Part shown: one piece after another, positions 11,557-25,457 of the stretch | Position numbering within the stretch: position 1 is the stretch's first letter | Layout of the letters: every line of letters starts with the position of its first letter | From: Nemertoderma westbladi | Taxonomy: Eukaryota; Animalia; Xenacoelomorpha | Direction of reading: 5' to 3' | Assembly (NCBI GenBank): GCA_032718475.1 | Contig: JAUCBJ010002688.1 | Coordinates: forward strand, 1-50,077 | DNA: 50,077 nt | The notes under the pieces: model-generated | The model's input: only the letters and a program-made list of their open reading frames with translations | Database searches by the model: none | What the model was told of the DNA's origin: nothing | Translations under genes and position numbers: made by a program

Positions 11557-14500
11557 ACCATAAATTCAACCAAATACCGACAATAATATCGCACCATAAA
11601 TTCAACCAAATACCGGCAATAATATCGCACCATAAATTCAACCAAATACCGACAATAATATCGCACCATAAATTCAACCAAATACCGACAATAATATCGC
11701 ACCATAAATTCAACCAAATACCGACAATAATATCGCACCATAAATTCAACCAAATACCGACAATAATATCGCACCATAAATTCAACCAAATACCGGCAAT
11801 AATATCGCACCATAAATTCAACCAGATACCGACAATAATATCGCACCATAAATTCAACCAAATACCGAGAATAATATCGCACCATAAATTCAACCAAATA
11901 CCGGCAATAATATCGCACCATAAATTCAACCAAATACGGACAATAATATCGCACCATAAATTCAACCAAATACGGACAATAATATCGCACCATAAATTCA
12001 ACCAAATACCGGCAATAATATCGCACCATAAATTCAACCAAATACCGACAATAATATCTCACCATAAATTCAACCAGATACCGACAATAATATCGCACCA
12101 TAAATTCAACCAAATACCGAGAATAATATCGCACCATAAATTCAACCAAATACCGACAATAATATCGCACCTTAAATTCAACCAAATACCGACAATAATA
12201 TCGCACCATAAATTCAACCAAATACCGAGAATAATATCGCACCATAAATTCAACCAAATACCGACAATAATATCGCACCATAAATTCAACCAAATACCGA
12301 CAATAATATCGCACCATAAATTCAACCAAATACCGACAATAATATCGCACCATAAATTCAACCAAATACCGAGAATAATATCGCACCATAAATTCAACCA
12401 AATACCGACAATAATATCGCACCATAAATTCAACCAAATACCGACAATAATATCGCACCATAAATTCAACCAAATACCGACAATAATATCGCACCATAAA
12501 TTCAACCAAATACCGACAATAATATCGCACCATAAATTCAACCAAATACCGACAATAATATCGCACCATAAATTCAACCAAATACCGACAATAATATCGC
12601 ACCATAAATTCAACCAAATACCGACAATAATATCGCACCATAAATTCAACCAAATACCGGCAATAATATCGCACCATAAATTCAACCAAATACCGACAAT
12701 AATATCGCACCATAAATTCAACCAAATACCGACAATAATATCGCACCATAAATTCAACCAAATACCGACAATAATATCGCACCATAAATTCAACCAAATA
12801 CCGACAATAATATCGCACCATAAATTCAACCAAATACCGGCAATAATATCGCACCATAAATTCAACCAGATACCGACAATAATATCGCACCATAAATTCA
12901 ACCAAATACCGAGAATAATATCGCACCATAAATTCAACCAAATACCGGCAATAATATCGCACCATAAATTCAACCAGATACCGACAATAATATCGCACCA
13001 TAAATTCAACCAAATACCGACAATAATATCGCACCATAAATTCAACCAAATACCGACAATAATATCGCACCATAAAGTAAACCAAATACCGGCAATAATA
13101 TCGCACCATAAATTCAACCAGATACCGACAATAATATCGCACCATAAATTCAACCAAATACCGAGAATAATATCGCACCATAAATTCAACCAAATACCGA
13201 CAATAATATCGCACCATAAATTCAACCAAATACCGACAATAATATCGCACCATAAATTCAACCAAATACCGAGAATAATATCGCACCATAAATTCAACCA
13301 AATACCGACAATAATATCGCACCATAAATTCAACCAAATACCGACAATAATATCGCACCATAAATTCAACCAAATACCGACAATAATATCGCACCATAAA
13401 TTCAACCAAATACCGAGAATAATATCGCACCATAAATTCAACCAAATACCGGCAATAATATCGCACCATAAATTCAACCAGATACCGACAATAATATCGC
13501 ACCATAAATTCAACCAAATACCGACAATAATATCGCACCATAAATTCAACCAAATACCGACAATAATATCGCACCATAAAGTAAACCAAATACCGGCAAT
13601 AATATCGCACCATAAATTCAACCAGATACCGACAATAATATCGCACCATAAATTCAACCAAATACCGAGAATAATATCGCACCATAAATTCAACCAAATA
13701 CCGACAATAATATCGCACCATAAATTCAACCAAATACCGACAATAATATCGCACCATAAATTCAACCAGATACCGACAATAATATCGCACCATAAATTCA
13801 ACCAAATACCGAGAATAATATCGCACCATAAATTCAACCAAATACCGACAATAATATCGCACCATAAATTCAACCAGATACCGACAATAATATCGCACCA
13901 TAAATTCAACCAAATACCGAGAATAATATCGCACCATAAATTCAACCAAATACCGACAATAATATCGCACCATAAATTCAACCAAATACCGACAATAATA
14001 TCGCACCATAAATTCAACCAAATACCGAGAATAATATCGCACCATAAATTCAACCAAATACCGACAATAATATCGCACCATAAATTCAACCAAATACCGA
14101 CAATAATATCGCACCATAAATTCAACCAAATACCGACAATAATATCGCACCATAAATTCAACCAAATACCGAGAATAATATCGCACCATAAATTCAACCA
14201 AATACCGACAATAATATCGCACCATAAATTCAACCAAATACCGACAATAATATCGCACCATAAATTCAACCAAATACCGGCAATAATATCGCACCATAAA
14301 TTCAACCAGATACCGACAATAATATCGCACCATAAATTCAACCAAATACCGACAATAATATCGCACCATAAATTCAACCAAATACCGAGAATAATATCGC
14401 ACCATAAATTCAACCAAATACCGAGAATAATATCGCACCATAAATTCAACCAGATACCGACAATAATATCGCACCTTAAATTCAACCAAATACGGACAAT

Positions 14501-15016
14501 AATATCGCACCATAAATTCAACCAAATACGGACAATAATATCGCACCATAAATTCAACCAAATACCGGCAATAATATCGCACCATAAATTCAACCAAATA
14601 CCGACAATAATATCGCACCATAAATTCAACCAAATACCGACAATAATATCGCACCATAAATTCAACCAAATACCGAGAATAATATCGCACCATAAATTCA
14701 ACCAAATACCGACAATAATATCGCACCATAAATTCAACCAAATACCGACAATAATATCGCACCATAAATTCAACCAAATACCGACAATAATATCGCACCA
14801 TAAATTCAACCAAATACCGATAATAATATCGCACCATAAATTCAACCAAATACCGACAATAATATCGCACCATAAATTCAACCAAATACCGACAATAATA
14901 TCGCACCATAAATTCAACCAAATACCGACAATAATATCGCACCATAAATTCAACCAAATACCGACAATAATATCGCACCATAAATTCAACCAAATACCGA
15001 GAATAATATCGCACCA
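11557..15016. repeat. Satellite A: 36-bp unit ACCATAAATTCAACCAAATACCGACAATAATATCGC, ~96 copies, very homogeneous
   Basis: Direct head-to-tail repetition with no spacers. Confidence 0.98.
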
Positions 15017-15559
15017 AAATATATAATTTCAGTCGGCCAATATAATATATTCGCTATAGGCTGTACATCTAACGTCACAATGATTATATGTCATTTTGTG
15101 AATAATTTATATTCAGAAAGCCTTAGAGAGGTACTAATAATAATTATATGCAAATATGAGAAAGTGCACCTGTACTGTTATTGGTGGTTAGGCTAACATC
15201 GTCATCATCACCCCCACAGCATGCTATATCATGGTAAATGAAATATATTAAAATTGAATTGAAAATATTTTTTGGAAATGTTATTCCGTAATAAAAAGTA
15301 TTGGGAAGAAGCAGTTTTGGGACTATTTTCATCTAATTATGCAGTCATCAGACTGATGATTTAAGGACTGTCAGTTAGTCGATTTCATTACGATTGTAGC
15401 GTAACAGACACTCGAACACGTTCGTGGGGCCGTCAGGTTCTCAGGTTTTACAGGAATAGAATGCGTTATTCAGAGGATCTTATATAAAAAAAACCCATAT
15501 CTGTGAATACAGTATATCATATTACATTTCAAAGCAATTTTTAAAGATTTTAATTTACA

Positions 15560-15636
15560 AAGTAATGCTGCTGCGGCCTGGTCTTGGACGCAATAAATAA
15601 TAACACAGCACCTGTGCTCTGCCGACTGAGCTAAAC
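15560..15636 (-). pseudogene. Degenerate tRNA-like sequence or SINE head
   Basis: Minus strand reads TTTAGCTCAGTCGGCAGAGCAC (tRNA D-arm/A-box); B-box decayed. Confidence 0.4.
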
Positions 15637-16527
15637 TTTCTCACATTCTAATCACAAAATTAAGATATAAGGTTTTCTGTCACAAATTTAGTGATGGTAA
15701 GTAATAATAGTGAGTAATAGTGAGTACTTTCTTGCACTGTTATGTTATCTACCAATTTCAGTGACAAATGTGGATTTTGTAGATAAAATATGTATATATT
15801 TATACAAATACTCTTCTTTTGAGAAGAAATTGGCTACTTTTAGCTTGTGTATTAGGAAAGTTGAGGTTGAAGATTGTCTTTATAAAATATCACCTTAGAG
15901 GACGATATTGCACTCCCCAAATATGACATTGATTGTAACTTAATACACTAAGAAGTAATCCTTCATAAAATCAATTAGGTAATGAAAAGATTGGCAAGAT
16001 AGGCAAGATTTCACGATTGATGGATAGCGGCTTTATAAAGATGGTATAATGAGCCTCAATTGACAACCATAATAATACTGCTCGTCTTCCTCGTCTTTCT
16101 TCACTTGAATGTAACGTGTTCTCTGTACTTTCTCTAACGAAGGGAAATAAATCCAATAAGCTTAACACGGTTCCACTTCGCGATTCTGTGCACATTTTAA
16201 TTTTATGGAATCCAAGTATCTCTGATATGTTGGCAACGCATCATTAATTTATTGCGGGCAGCTGATATTAACCTATAAGGCAATAACTGTTATGAGTAAA
16301 TCCCAAAGGAATATACGAGAGGTTGCATCATATAGGAACCATCTGCTAGTGCAACTCTGCCTGTCTCCTATAGTTCATGCAGTAATAACCGCCTTTCTTG
16401 CTCTTCTAAACTTTGTGTGCATCGATTTAATCATTAATTATAGATATGGTAATTATATATCACTCAGGGAATTATTTACTTATCAAAACAATCAATAATG
16501 AATACGTAAATTTTAGCAACAGTGCGA

Positions 16528-18226
16528 AATATGTGTCGCACCGGGCCCACAGGACTGACATAATATGTGTCGCACCGGGCCCACAGGACTGACATAATAT
16601 GAGTCGCACCGGGCCCACAGGACTGACATAATATGAGTCGCACCGGGCCCACAGGACTGACATAATATGTGTCGCACCGGGTCCACAGGACTGACATAAT
16701 ATGTGTCGCACCGGGCCCACAGGACTGACATAATATGAGTCGCACCGGGCCCACAGGACTGACATAATATTTATCGCACCGTCCCACAGGACTGACATAT
16801 TATGTGTCGCACCGGGCCCACAGGACTGACATAATATGTGTCGCACCGGGCCCACAGGACTGACATAATATGAGTCGCACCGGGCCCACAGGACTGACAT
16901 AATATGAGTCGCACCGGGCCCACAGGACTGACATAATATGAGTCGCACCGGGCCCACAGGACTGACATAATATTTGTCGCACCGTCCCACAGGACTGACA
17001 TAATATTTGTCGCACCGTCCCACAGGACTGACATATTATGTGTCGCACCGGGCCCACAGGACTGACATAATATGTGTCGCACCGGGCCCACAGGACTGAC
17101 ATAATATGAGTCGCACCGGGCCCACAGGACTGACATAATATGAGTCGCACCGGGCCCACAGTACTGACATAATATTTGTCGCACCGTCCCACAGGACTGA
17201 CATATTATGTGTCGCACCGGGCCCACAGGACTGACATAATATGTGTCGCACAGGGCCCACAGGACTGACATAATATGTGTCGCACCGGGTCCACAGGACT
17301 GACATAATATGTGTCGCACCGGGCCCACAGGACTGACATATTATGTGTCGCACCGGGCCCACAGGACTGACATAATATGTGTCGCACCGGGCCCACAGGA
17401 CTGACATAATATGTGTCGCACCCGGCCCACAGGACTGACATAATATGTGTCGCACCGGGCCCACAGGACTGACATAATATGTGTCGCAGCGGGCCCACAG
17501 GACTGACATAATATGAGTCGCACCGGGCCCACAGGACTGACATAATATGAGTCGCACCGGGCCCACAGGACTGACATAATATGAGTCGCACCGGGCCCAC
17601 AGGACTGACATAATATGTGTCGCACCGGGCCCACAGGACTGACATAATATGTGTCGCACCGGGTCCACAGGACTGACATAATATGTGTCGCACCGGGCCC
17701 ACAGAACTGACATATTATGTGTCGCACCGGGCCCACAGGACTGACATAATATGTGTCGCACCGGGCCCACAGGACTGACATAATATGTGTCGCACCCGGC
17801 CCACAGGACTGACATAATATGTGTCGCACCGGGCCCACAGGACTGACATAATATGTGTCGCAGCGGGCCCACAGGACTGACATAATATGAGTCGCACCGG
17901 GCCCACAGGACTGACATAATATGTGTCGCACCGGGCCCACAGAACTGACATAATATGTGTCGCACAGGGCCCACAGGACTGACATAATATGTGTCGCACA
18001 GGGCCCACAGGACTGACATAATATGTGTCGCACCAGGCCCACAGGACTGACATAATATGTGTCGCACAGGGCCCACAGGACTGACATAATATGTGTCGCA
18101 CCGGGCCCACAGGACTGACATAATATGTGTCGCACCGGGCCCACAGAACTGACATAATATGTGTCGCACAGGGCCCACAGGACTGACATAATATGTGTCG
18201 CACCGGGCCCACAGGACTGACATAAT
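16528..18226. repeat. Satellite B: 34-bp unit ATGTGTCGCACCGGGCCCACAGGACTGACATAAT, ~50 copies (some 33-bp variants)
   Basis: Direct head-to-tail repetition. Confidence 0.98.
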
Positions 18227-19030
18227 TTTTGTGTCACGGCAGTACAACTTCCATCATAGTCATACCGCGGCCGTACCACTAAGATCTTGGCGGTTCCACC
18301 TTCCCCGGACTTGTACTAAGACCATAGCCGTGCTTATCCCATGCCCCTTACCCATGATCATGCAATAACCGTTTGAGAATAACGTGGTCGTACCACGGCC
18401 GATCACATGGTATTGTTCTTAACCAATGAATCAATATTTATTGAGATATTATTATTGGTAATTACATTAGTAATAATGTTTATACGGTAGACATTATATA
18501 ATGGGATATATATATAATATATATATAATAGGGGATATGAACATTGTGCAACTAAAATGAAAGAAAGGATCACAAACAACGTATCTCACTCTGTAACAGT
18601 TATATTCAAGGGTTCCTGATTTTATTGCTTCATAAACCTCGGTTACCCAACAACTGGAAATGGTTTTTGTACCTTGGCATTCGGTAAAAGGCCATATAAA
18701 GTAGAAATGGTACTACGATCGCCATATGAGGCTTCGCAACTCCTAGGGAATTCAAATTGTGTGCGGCAATCACGTAAATCAAACTGCCTGCCATGTGAGT
18801 TTCACATTAGTACCAAGAAAACAATTATTTTATCATTACCTCCAGTATTTGTATATTGATTGAATAGCACTGGCTCATTAAACTCAAACCATTTACCAAA
18901 ATAATATGAATTTTATCCAAAAACATACATAAATTACCAGCCAGTCCTGCCATCGGATGTATTATCTGAGTTGCACTCCCACCAGCTCCTCCGTGGGTGT
19001 GCCAGAATTTTTATTTTATTTTTCATTCTT

Positions 19031-19669
19031 GGATAGTAATATTTACTGACAGTTGTCACCAAAGAGTTATCCAATTTTTTGCACAGGCTATCCAACAGTT
19101 ATCCAATTTTTGCACAGGCTATCCAACGTTATCCAATTTTGCACAGGCTATCTAACAGTTATCCAATTTTGCACAGGCTATCCAACAGTTATCCAATTTT
19201 TGCACAGGCTATCCAACGTTATCCAATTTTGCACAGGCTATCTAACAGTTATCCAATTTTTAGGCAATCCAACAGTTATCCAATTTTTAGGCTATCCAAC
19301 AGTTATCCAATTTTTAGGCTATCCAACAGTTATCAAAAATGAATTTAAAAAGGCATAAAACGGATTCCGGCTATTTGGGATTTCATATATAGATTTATTA
19401 AGGGCACTAATTTATTAGTTGTGTCGGTACCACGTACTGATATCAGGATATACAGCCTTTGTTATAGTATTGTATTTATGGGCTGACCGATTTTTAATTA
19501 ATTAATCCAAATTATTTAAGAAATTAATCCCAGATTTCGGTAGTGGCGTTGTTCTTTCGAAATAAATCCCCAGTAAATACCGGTTGTCCATTAGCCTGTG
19601 CAAAAATTGGATAACTGTTGGATAGACTGTGCAAAAGTTACAACAAACTGTCAGTAAATATTACTATCC
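19031..19669. mobile_element. Non-autonomous MuDR-like MITE with 24-bp TIRs, subterminal ~30-bp tandem repeats and 9-bp TSD
   Basis: TIR GGATAGTAATATTTACTGACAGTT / AACTGTCAGTAAATATTACTATCC; TSD TTCATTCTT (19022-19030) vs TTCAGTCTT (19670-19678); internal AGTTATCCAATTTTTGCACAGGCTATCCAAC repeats, inverted near the right end. Confidence 0.85.
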
Positions 19670-20035
19670 TTCAGTCTTTGGCTATAAGCGTTAGAAAATG
19701 GTGTCTCCGTCAATATTGCACCAGTTACACCGTACTTATTCTTAAACCTTAGGATTTGTGGTACTGATGGAATGTGGTCATGTAATGATTCCAAATACTG
19801 ATAGCTGAAATCATGGTTTTGCTTCTGCGTGAGGCTATTTTATTATATTTAATAAATAAACTATATTTTAGAACATAATATTGTTTATCTTATAAGTAGC
19901 TGGGCAAAAATGCAAAATCTCTTTTATTTTATTTTATTTTGTTTTCATTTTATTTTAATTAATCATAATATTACGCGGCTATTTAAACATAATCGTATAA
20001 TCGAATATACTGTAGTGCACTTATAATATTGAATG

Positions 20036-23000
20036 ATCGGCATGCTGCATTGCAGCTGCATTTTCAAAAATGCTGTGCCGGCTTGTCGACAAAATTGCAC
20101 CGCCACAACTCCCTATCACCCATGACATTTGCTAGATCATCCGCATCTTCGAGGCCAGTGTCCTTTAAGATGCGTCTCAAGAAAGTCATGGGCTGTCCAC
20201 CATGCTTATTCACTCCATGAGGCTGCCAAAGCACAAGATTATGCACTGGATGGTCCTCACGGCGAAAGTAATGTCCTGCAAAGCGGAGGCGGCTTTGTTC
20301 TAGTGTCAAGCTTGGGGGAACCAATGAGACACCTCCAATGTTATATAGTGTCTGATTGGGGATGTGTGCATTGAACTTGACACAGTGAACACGGCGTAGC
20401 ATTCTTGGAAGTGCCATCCAGAGTTTTGGTGTCCTCAGCTGTTAGAGCCCAGCATGGACTCCCATAGAGGAGTACTGGAACTACTGCTGCTCTAAATAAT
20501 CGGACCTTAAGTTTCCGATTAATTCTCGGTGACTTCCAATTCCTGGAAAGCCTATTCAAGGCAGCCCATGCCTTTCCCTTACGTATTCGAAGGTCCTCAC
20601 CTGACTTCCGGATCTATGAACCCAGGTAACAGAAGTCATCCACATGCTCGAGCATACCATCTTTGAGGTTATGCTCATCCGATCAGAGACTTGCTGAGGA
20701 CTTTCAAATTTATCTGTCAAAATGGTGGTCTTTTTGGAGTTAATAAAAAGACCAACACAAGAAGCCTGTTCTAATGAGCTGAGGAGCCGTTGGGCTCCCT
20801 CTAGTGATTCTGAGAATACTCCTAAGTCATCAGCAAAGTCTAGATCAGTTAGGTACTTGGCAGGATTTCCTCGACTTCTGGAGCCAGTAGGTGGAGTTAT
20901 CATCACCCCATCATCATTATGATGATCTAAGGAAATGCGTAGAACATAGTCAACCACAATTATGAACAAGAATGGTGCAAGTGTGTCTCCCTGGATGACG
21001 CCCCATAACACTTTAAATTGTTCTGTGTCACCGTCAACAGTAGACACAAATGTTGTCGAACCATCGTATACTGATCTGATTGCTGCAATAATTTCATCAG
21101 GAATCCCATATAATGAAAGTATGCTGAACATACGTGAGCGAGATACTGAATCAAAGGCCTTGAAGAAGTCAACAAAGATAACAGCCAGATGCCTGTATTT
21201 CTTTTTTGATAACTCTTAAATTATCCTTCTAAGTGCCAAAACGGGCTCCATGGTCCCACGACCTTTACGGAACCCATTCTGATTTCCACGGAGCAGTCAG
21301 TCTCTCAATGGGATCCCTGATGCGATTTAATAGAATTCTATTGTATAGCTTTGCATCAATCGAGATCAATGAGATTCCCCGAAAAGAACCATAGAGTGTT
21401 AGGTTGCCCTTCTTGGGAACTGGCACCAACTTATTTGTTTTCATTTCTTGTGGGACTCTTGTTGTACGGTACATGTCTACTATGATGGGATAGATGAGCT
21501 TTAAACACTCAGGTATTTTAAAGACCTCAGGGGGAACAGCATCAACTCCAGTGGCACGATTGGTCTTAATGCTCTTTGCAGCAGCCTTCACTTCTGCAAA
21601 GGAGATATCACCAATGGGAATATCTGGGAGTACAGACTCAGACACTTTTACTTCTATAAAGTTATCAGGCAATACCCTGTCATTATTGAGGAGCTTTTCA
21701 AAGTGGGCCTTCCAACCATTGAGGCGATCGGCTGGTGATTCAGCCTTAACCTTGGTGGTTGGTTGGCTTTTCCGCATTTCCATGCCTGGGATGATTGTCT
21801 GCTGTCGTCAGCATCATTGATGGCATCAACCTGTTGGTTTATTAGCTCCTGCAGATTAACAGTGAACTGCCTGTTCAGGGACCTAGATGCAGCCTTAACT
21901 GCATTCTTGGACGCTGTAGTCTGTTTGAGTCGGGACTCTTTCTGCGCCTTATATAGGTCATTTCGGCACTTCTGGATTTTGTTGTCAGTCCAGGGGGCCC
22001 TTTTCCTGTTTCAAGGGTATACGGGAACTGTTTCTGCAGCTGCTACTAACTTAACTGCTTCTGTGAAGGCAGTATAGCCCTCGCAGTGATCTGCCGCCTC
22101 AGAGGCAAGAACCTCATACCTGTTGCTCAGCTGTAGTGTGAAGCTGGATCTCACACTTGGCTGTTGCAACAGAGAGGACCAGTCATGCCGCGGCAAGGCA
22201 GATTTCGTTGTTCTGCTAGCACGCAGACTAAGTCTTACCTTGGTCACGATAAGGCGGTGATCACTGGAGAAGGGTCGAAGTGTAAATGTATTACAGTCTT
22301 GTATAGAGCTCCTGTACTTCCTACGAAACAGAATATGGTCTATCTGGGACTTGTGACCACTGGGTCCACTATGAGTCCATAGCTTTCCAGTTCGCTTCTT
22401 GAACTGGGTTCCAGCCGAAAACAATCCATTTCCAGAGATAAAATCCTGAAGATGGACGGAATTTCGGTTGACACTATTGCTATAGACCCAGGGTGATGTA
22501 GGTGATTGATGCAGACTTGCATTAAAGTCTCCCAGGAATGTTAAGAATGCATGCTGATCCACTCCATCAGTAGCTGCTTGTAGATTGTGGTAGAACTTTT
22601 CCACCTCCTATACAGGGGCAACACTAGTTGGAGAGTAGCACACAATCAGTACCACCTTAGGAAACTTCTTCTTAGCCAGTCTTCCAGAACATGAGAAGTG
22701 GCAATGGATGATGCGGTTAGAGATTTGGTCTATTTTGTCCAATGCTGCATGTGCAGTTGGATTCATCAATAGACCAATACCACCATTGCCACTATCATCT
22801 GCTGACGCCAGGGCGAGTCGCCAACCGCCCCCCATGTCCTTAATCAGAACCTCATCAGTCTGTCCAGTCTGCATTCGGTGCTCTTGAACACCCACTGCGC
22901 TAAGAGAAAGCTTATCTGCCATGGCAGTCAGCTCACCTTGTCGCATTGGGGACCCGAATGTTAGGGTGTTTACTGAGGCTAGTCTAGTGACTTACCTCAG

Positions 23001-23780
23001 ATTCACCAATGGCTTTGTTGGTCGGGGTGGAACATGAGAGTAGCCCCCAACTCCAGAATCCCTCTTCCCCTCACAATCTGGTCTCCCTGTTGACCCGGGG
23101 TTTGGGCCAGAAAGGTCACCAGGAAAGGGACTCAAAGAATTGTTGGCTTCTCTCTCTCCAGTAGGGGGTGAGACAGGCAGCCGATCAGGAGATAACTGAC
23201 GCCTGTGAGGCCGATTGTGTCCGGTAATTCCACTGGCCTCTAGTGGCCGGACCTCCGCATTACTAATGTAATCCATAGTGGGGGGTTGGGGGGTGCTTTT
23301 TTGCCGAGTCTGCTCTCGGGGCAAATACCTAGCAGCCCAGTAGCAAAGTGACGCGTACAACCTAACCCGGTCGGGATCATTGAACTCAATCCCGTCACAG
23401 TCTGGGGTCTTCTACAGAACAGATGACACCAGGGCCTTCCGCTTCCACTAACATTTGTACATTTCGACGGGCGATATATTCTATTCAGTACACCCGGAAT
23501 CTTTTCCGACTTCAGTGTGCTAAATACCTCAAATTCCTCGGAGACCGCCAGTAAAAAGAAACCGTCCATCGTCCATCCAAATTGATGAAGGAGAGTAAAA
23601 TTAGTTCTTTATCTGATGTAGAGATGAAGCTACTGCTGGAGTTGGGGCGGCCGCTTATTCTTTAAGAACCATCATGCCAGGTTTATTCTCCTGCCTAAAC
23701 CAGCCGAATCTCCCGAAGACATATCGGCCTTTTCGGAGGATCTCAAGTGTGGCCACCTTAACAGTATTCGCTTCTTACTG
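20036..23780 (-). mobile_element. Near full-length RTE-like non-LTR retrotransposon family A (APE endonuclease + RT), disrupted by stops and frameshifts
   Basis: APE motifs VGVQEHR, CYSPT, LGDFNA, QIDHIL, SDHRL; RT motifs PVPKKGNL, FVDFFKAFDSV, GVIQGDTLAPFLF, DLDFADD; 5' boundary approximate. Confidence 0.93.
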
Positions 23781-24764
23781 TCTTGGATTTAATAGACAAA
23801 GGTTATTGATACATAATAGATATGCTGAGATAAATTAATATTACGTCTTCAATTTAATGAGGAACTAATATTATTTAAGGGAATTATTATTAACTATCCC
23901 GGAATATAGTGTCGTTTCATGATTTGAGGAACTGATACTTTATTTTACTCTACTCTACTATGTGTTTATGTGTTTGATGCGGAATTAAGAGATTCATATT
24001 CAGTCAGGGATATTTATCCTGAGTTACCGGTACGTTTAACACTATCTGCTATCTGGCCCGGGCTATACGGGCTATATTACTATAGTAATTAATTGGCCCG
24101 TGGGGGGGGGGGGGGGGGGGGGGTTACTTTAGAAATTTTGTAGATCTTGGCTCAAAAATTACAATTTTGATGGTATAAGGGATTTCGAGGACGCTAATCA
24201 CGATAAAACATGTCAAACTTTCTGGTAAATTTCAATTTTTGGCAATGCATCAATAATTTTTGGTGCTATTTTCTGATTTTGGCCCCCCAGGACGAAAAGT
24301 ACAAGTAAAAAATTGTCAAACTAAATATTTTGTGTTTGATTTGATAATTCTGAACGTATATGGGTTTTCGTGGTCGTGGATCACGATGAAAGTAGTGCAG
24401 TAGTATTTGTATCAGTGAAAGTAGTATTTCTGGTATGTGCACACCCAATTTGGGTGCTATTCTGGTGCCCCAGAACGAAAAGTACAAGTAGCAAAAATTT
24501 CATGTGATGTATTTTGTGTAATTTTTATCAATTCCGAAAGGTGTTGATATGGTAATATGTCAGGAACTCCTCATATCTCGAAAACTACTGGAGCTATTCA
24601 ATTTTTATTTGTCTCATCTGAAAGAGGACATAATTTTAGTTAGGGCCAAGTACGTTCGACTCGTTAGACCTATTGTTTCAGGGGTTCTATCTAAGAGAAA
24701 TAACTGGCCCACTAAATTTAGGGGCTTTGCAGCAGCTTGGCGGGTCGTATCTATAGTAGGTCAT

Positions 24765-25457
24765 GAACAGTCCATTTCCAGAGATGAAATCCTAAAGATG
24801 GACGGAATTTCGGTTAACAATATCGCTAAAGACCTAATTCACCGATGTAGGTGAATTGATGCAGACTTGCATTAAAGTCTCCCAGGAATGTTAAGAATGT
24901 ATGCTGATCCACTCCATCAGTAGCTGGTTGTAGATTGTGGTAGAAATTTTCCACCTCCTCTACTGGGGCAACACTAGTTGGAGCAATTGCACACAATCAG
25001 AACCCTTCTTAGCCAGTCTTCCAGAACATGAGAAGTGGCAACGGATGATGCGGTTAGAGATTTGGTCTATTTTGTCCAATGCTGCATGTGCAGTTGGATT
25101 CATCAATAGCATCATTCCACCATTGCCACTATCATCTGCTAATGCGAGGGCGAGTCGCCAAACGCCCACCATGTCCTTAATCAGAACCTCATCAGTCTGT
25201 CCAGTTTGCATTCGGTGCTCTTGAATACCCACTGCACTAAGAGAGAGCTTATCTGCCAAGGCAGTCAGCTCACCTTGTCGCATTGGGGACCCGAGTGTTA
25301 GGGTGTTAACTGAGGCTAGTCTAGTGACTTCCCTCAGATTCACCAATGGCTTGGTTGGTCGGGGTGGAACATGAGAGTAGCCTCCAACTCCAGAATCCCT
25401 CTCCCCTTCACAATCTGGCCTCCCTGGTGACCCAGGGTTTGGGCCAGAAAGGTCATC
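24765..25457 (-). mobile_element. Internal (APE N-terminal) fragment of RTE-like LINE family A
   Basis: Highly similar to 22420-23120 with small indels. Confidence 0.9.

Noticed and set aside
11538-15017. 1159-aa and 976-aa repetitive ORFs; 36-bp repeats superficially like a CRISPR array
   Set aside because: Unit length is a multiple of 3 and stop-free in several frames; no spacers, no cas genes, eukaryotic context. This is a satellite.
15325-15395. Possible hammerhead ribozyme (CTGATGA...GAAA on the minus strand, TCATCAGACTGATGA palindrome)
   Set aside because: Stem II and the flanking stems do not pair convincingly
16472-18279. Many overlapping Cys-rich ORFs
   Set aside because: Translation artefacts of the 34-bp satellite, open in all minus-strand frames
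19065-19335. TTATCCA repeats resembling bacterial DnaA boxes
   Set aside because: They are subterminal repeats of a MITE with TIRs and TSD in animal DNA
23230-23780. Possible HDV-like ribozyme in the RTE 5' UTR
   Set aside because: Hairpins are present but I could not build the nested double pseudoknot by eye; needs a descriptor or covariance search
24050-24700. Possible DNA-transposon remnant with a duplicated ~50-bp motif (24262, 24452)
   Set aside because: No termini or TSD could be defined, so not called
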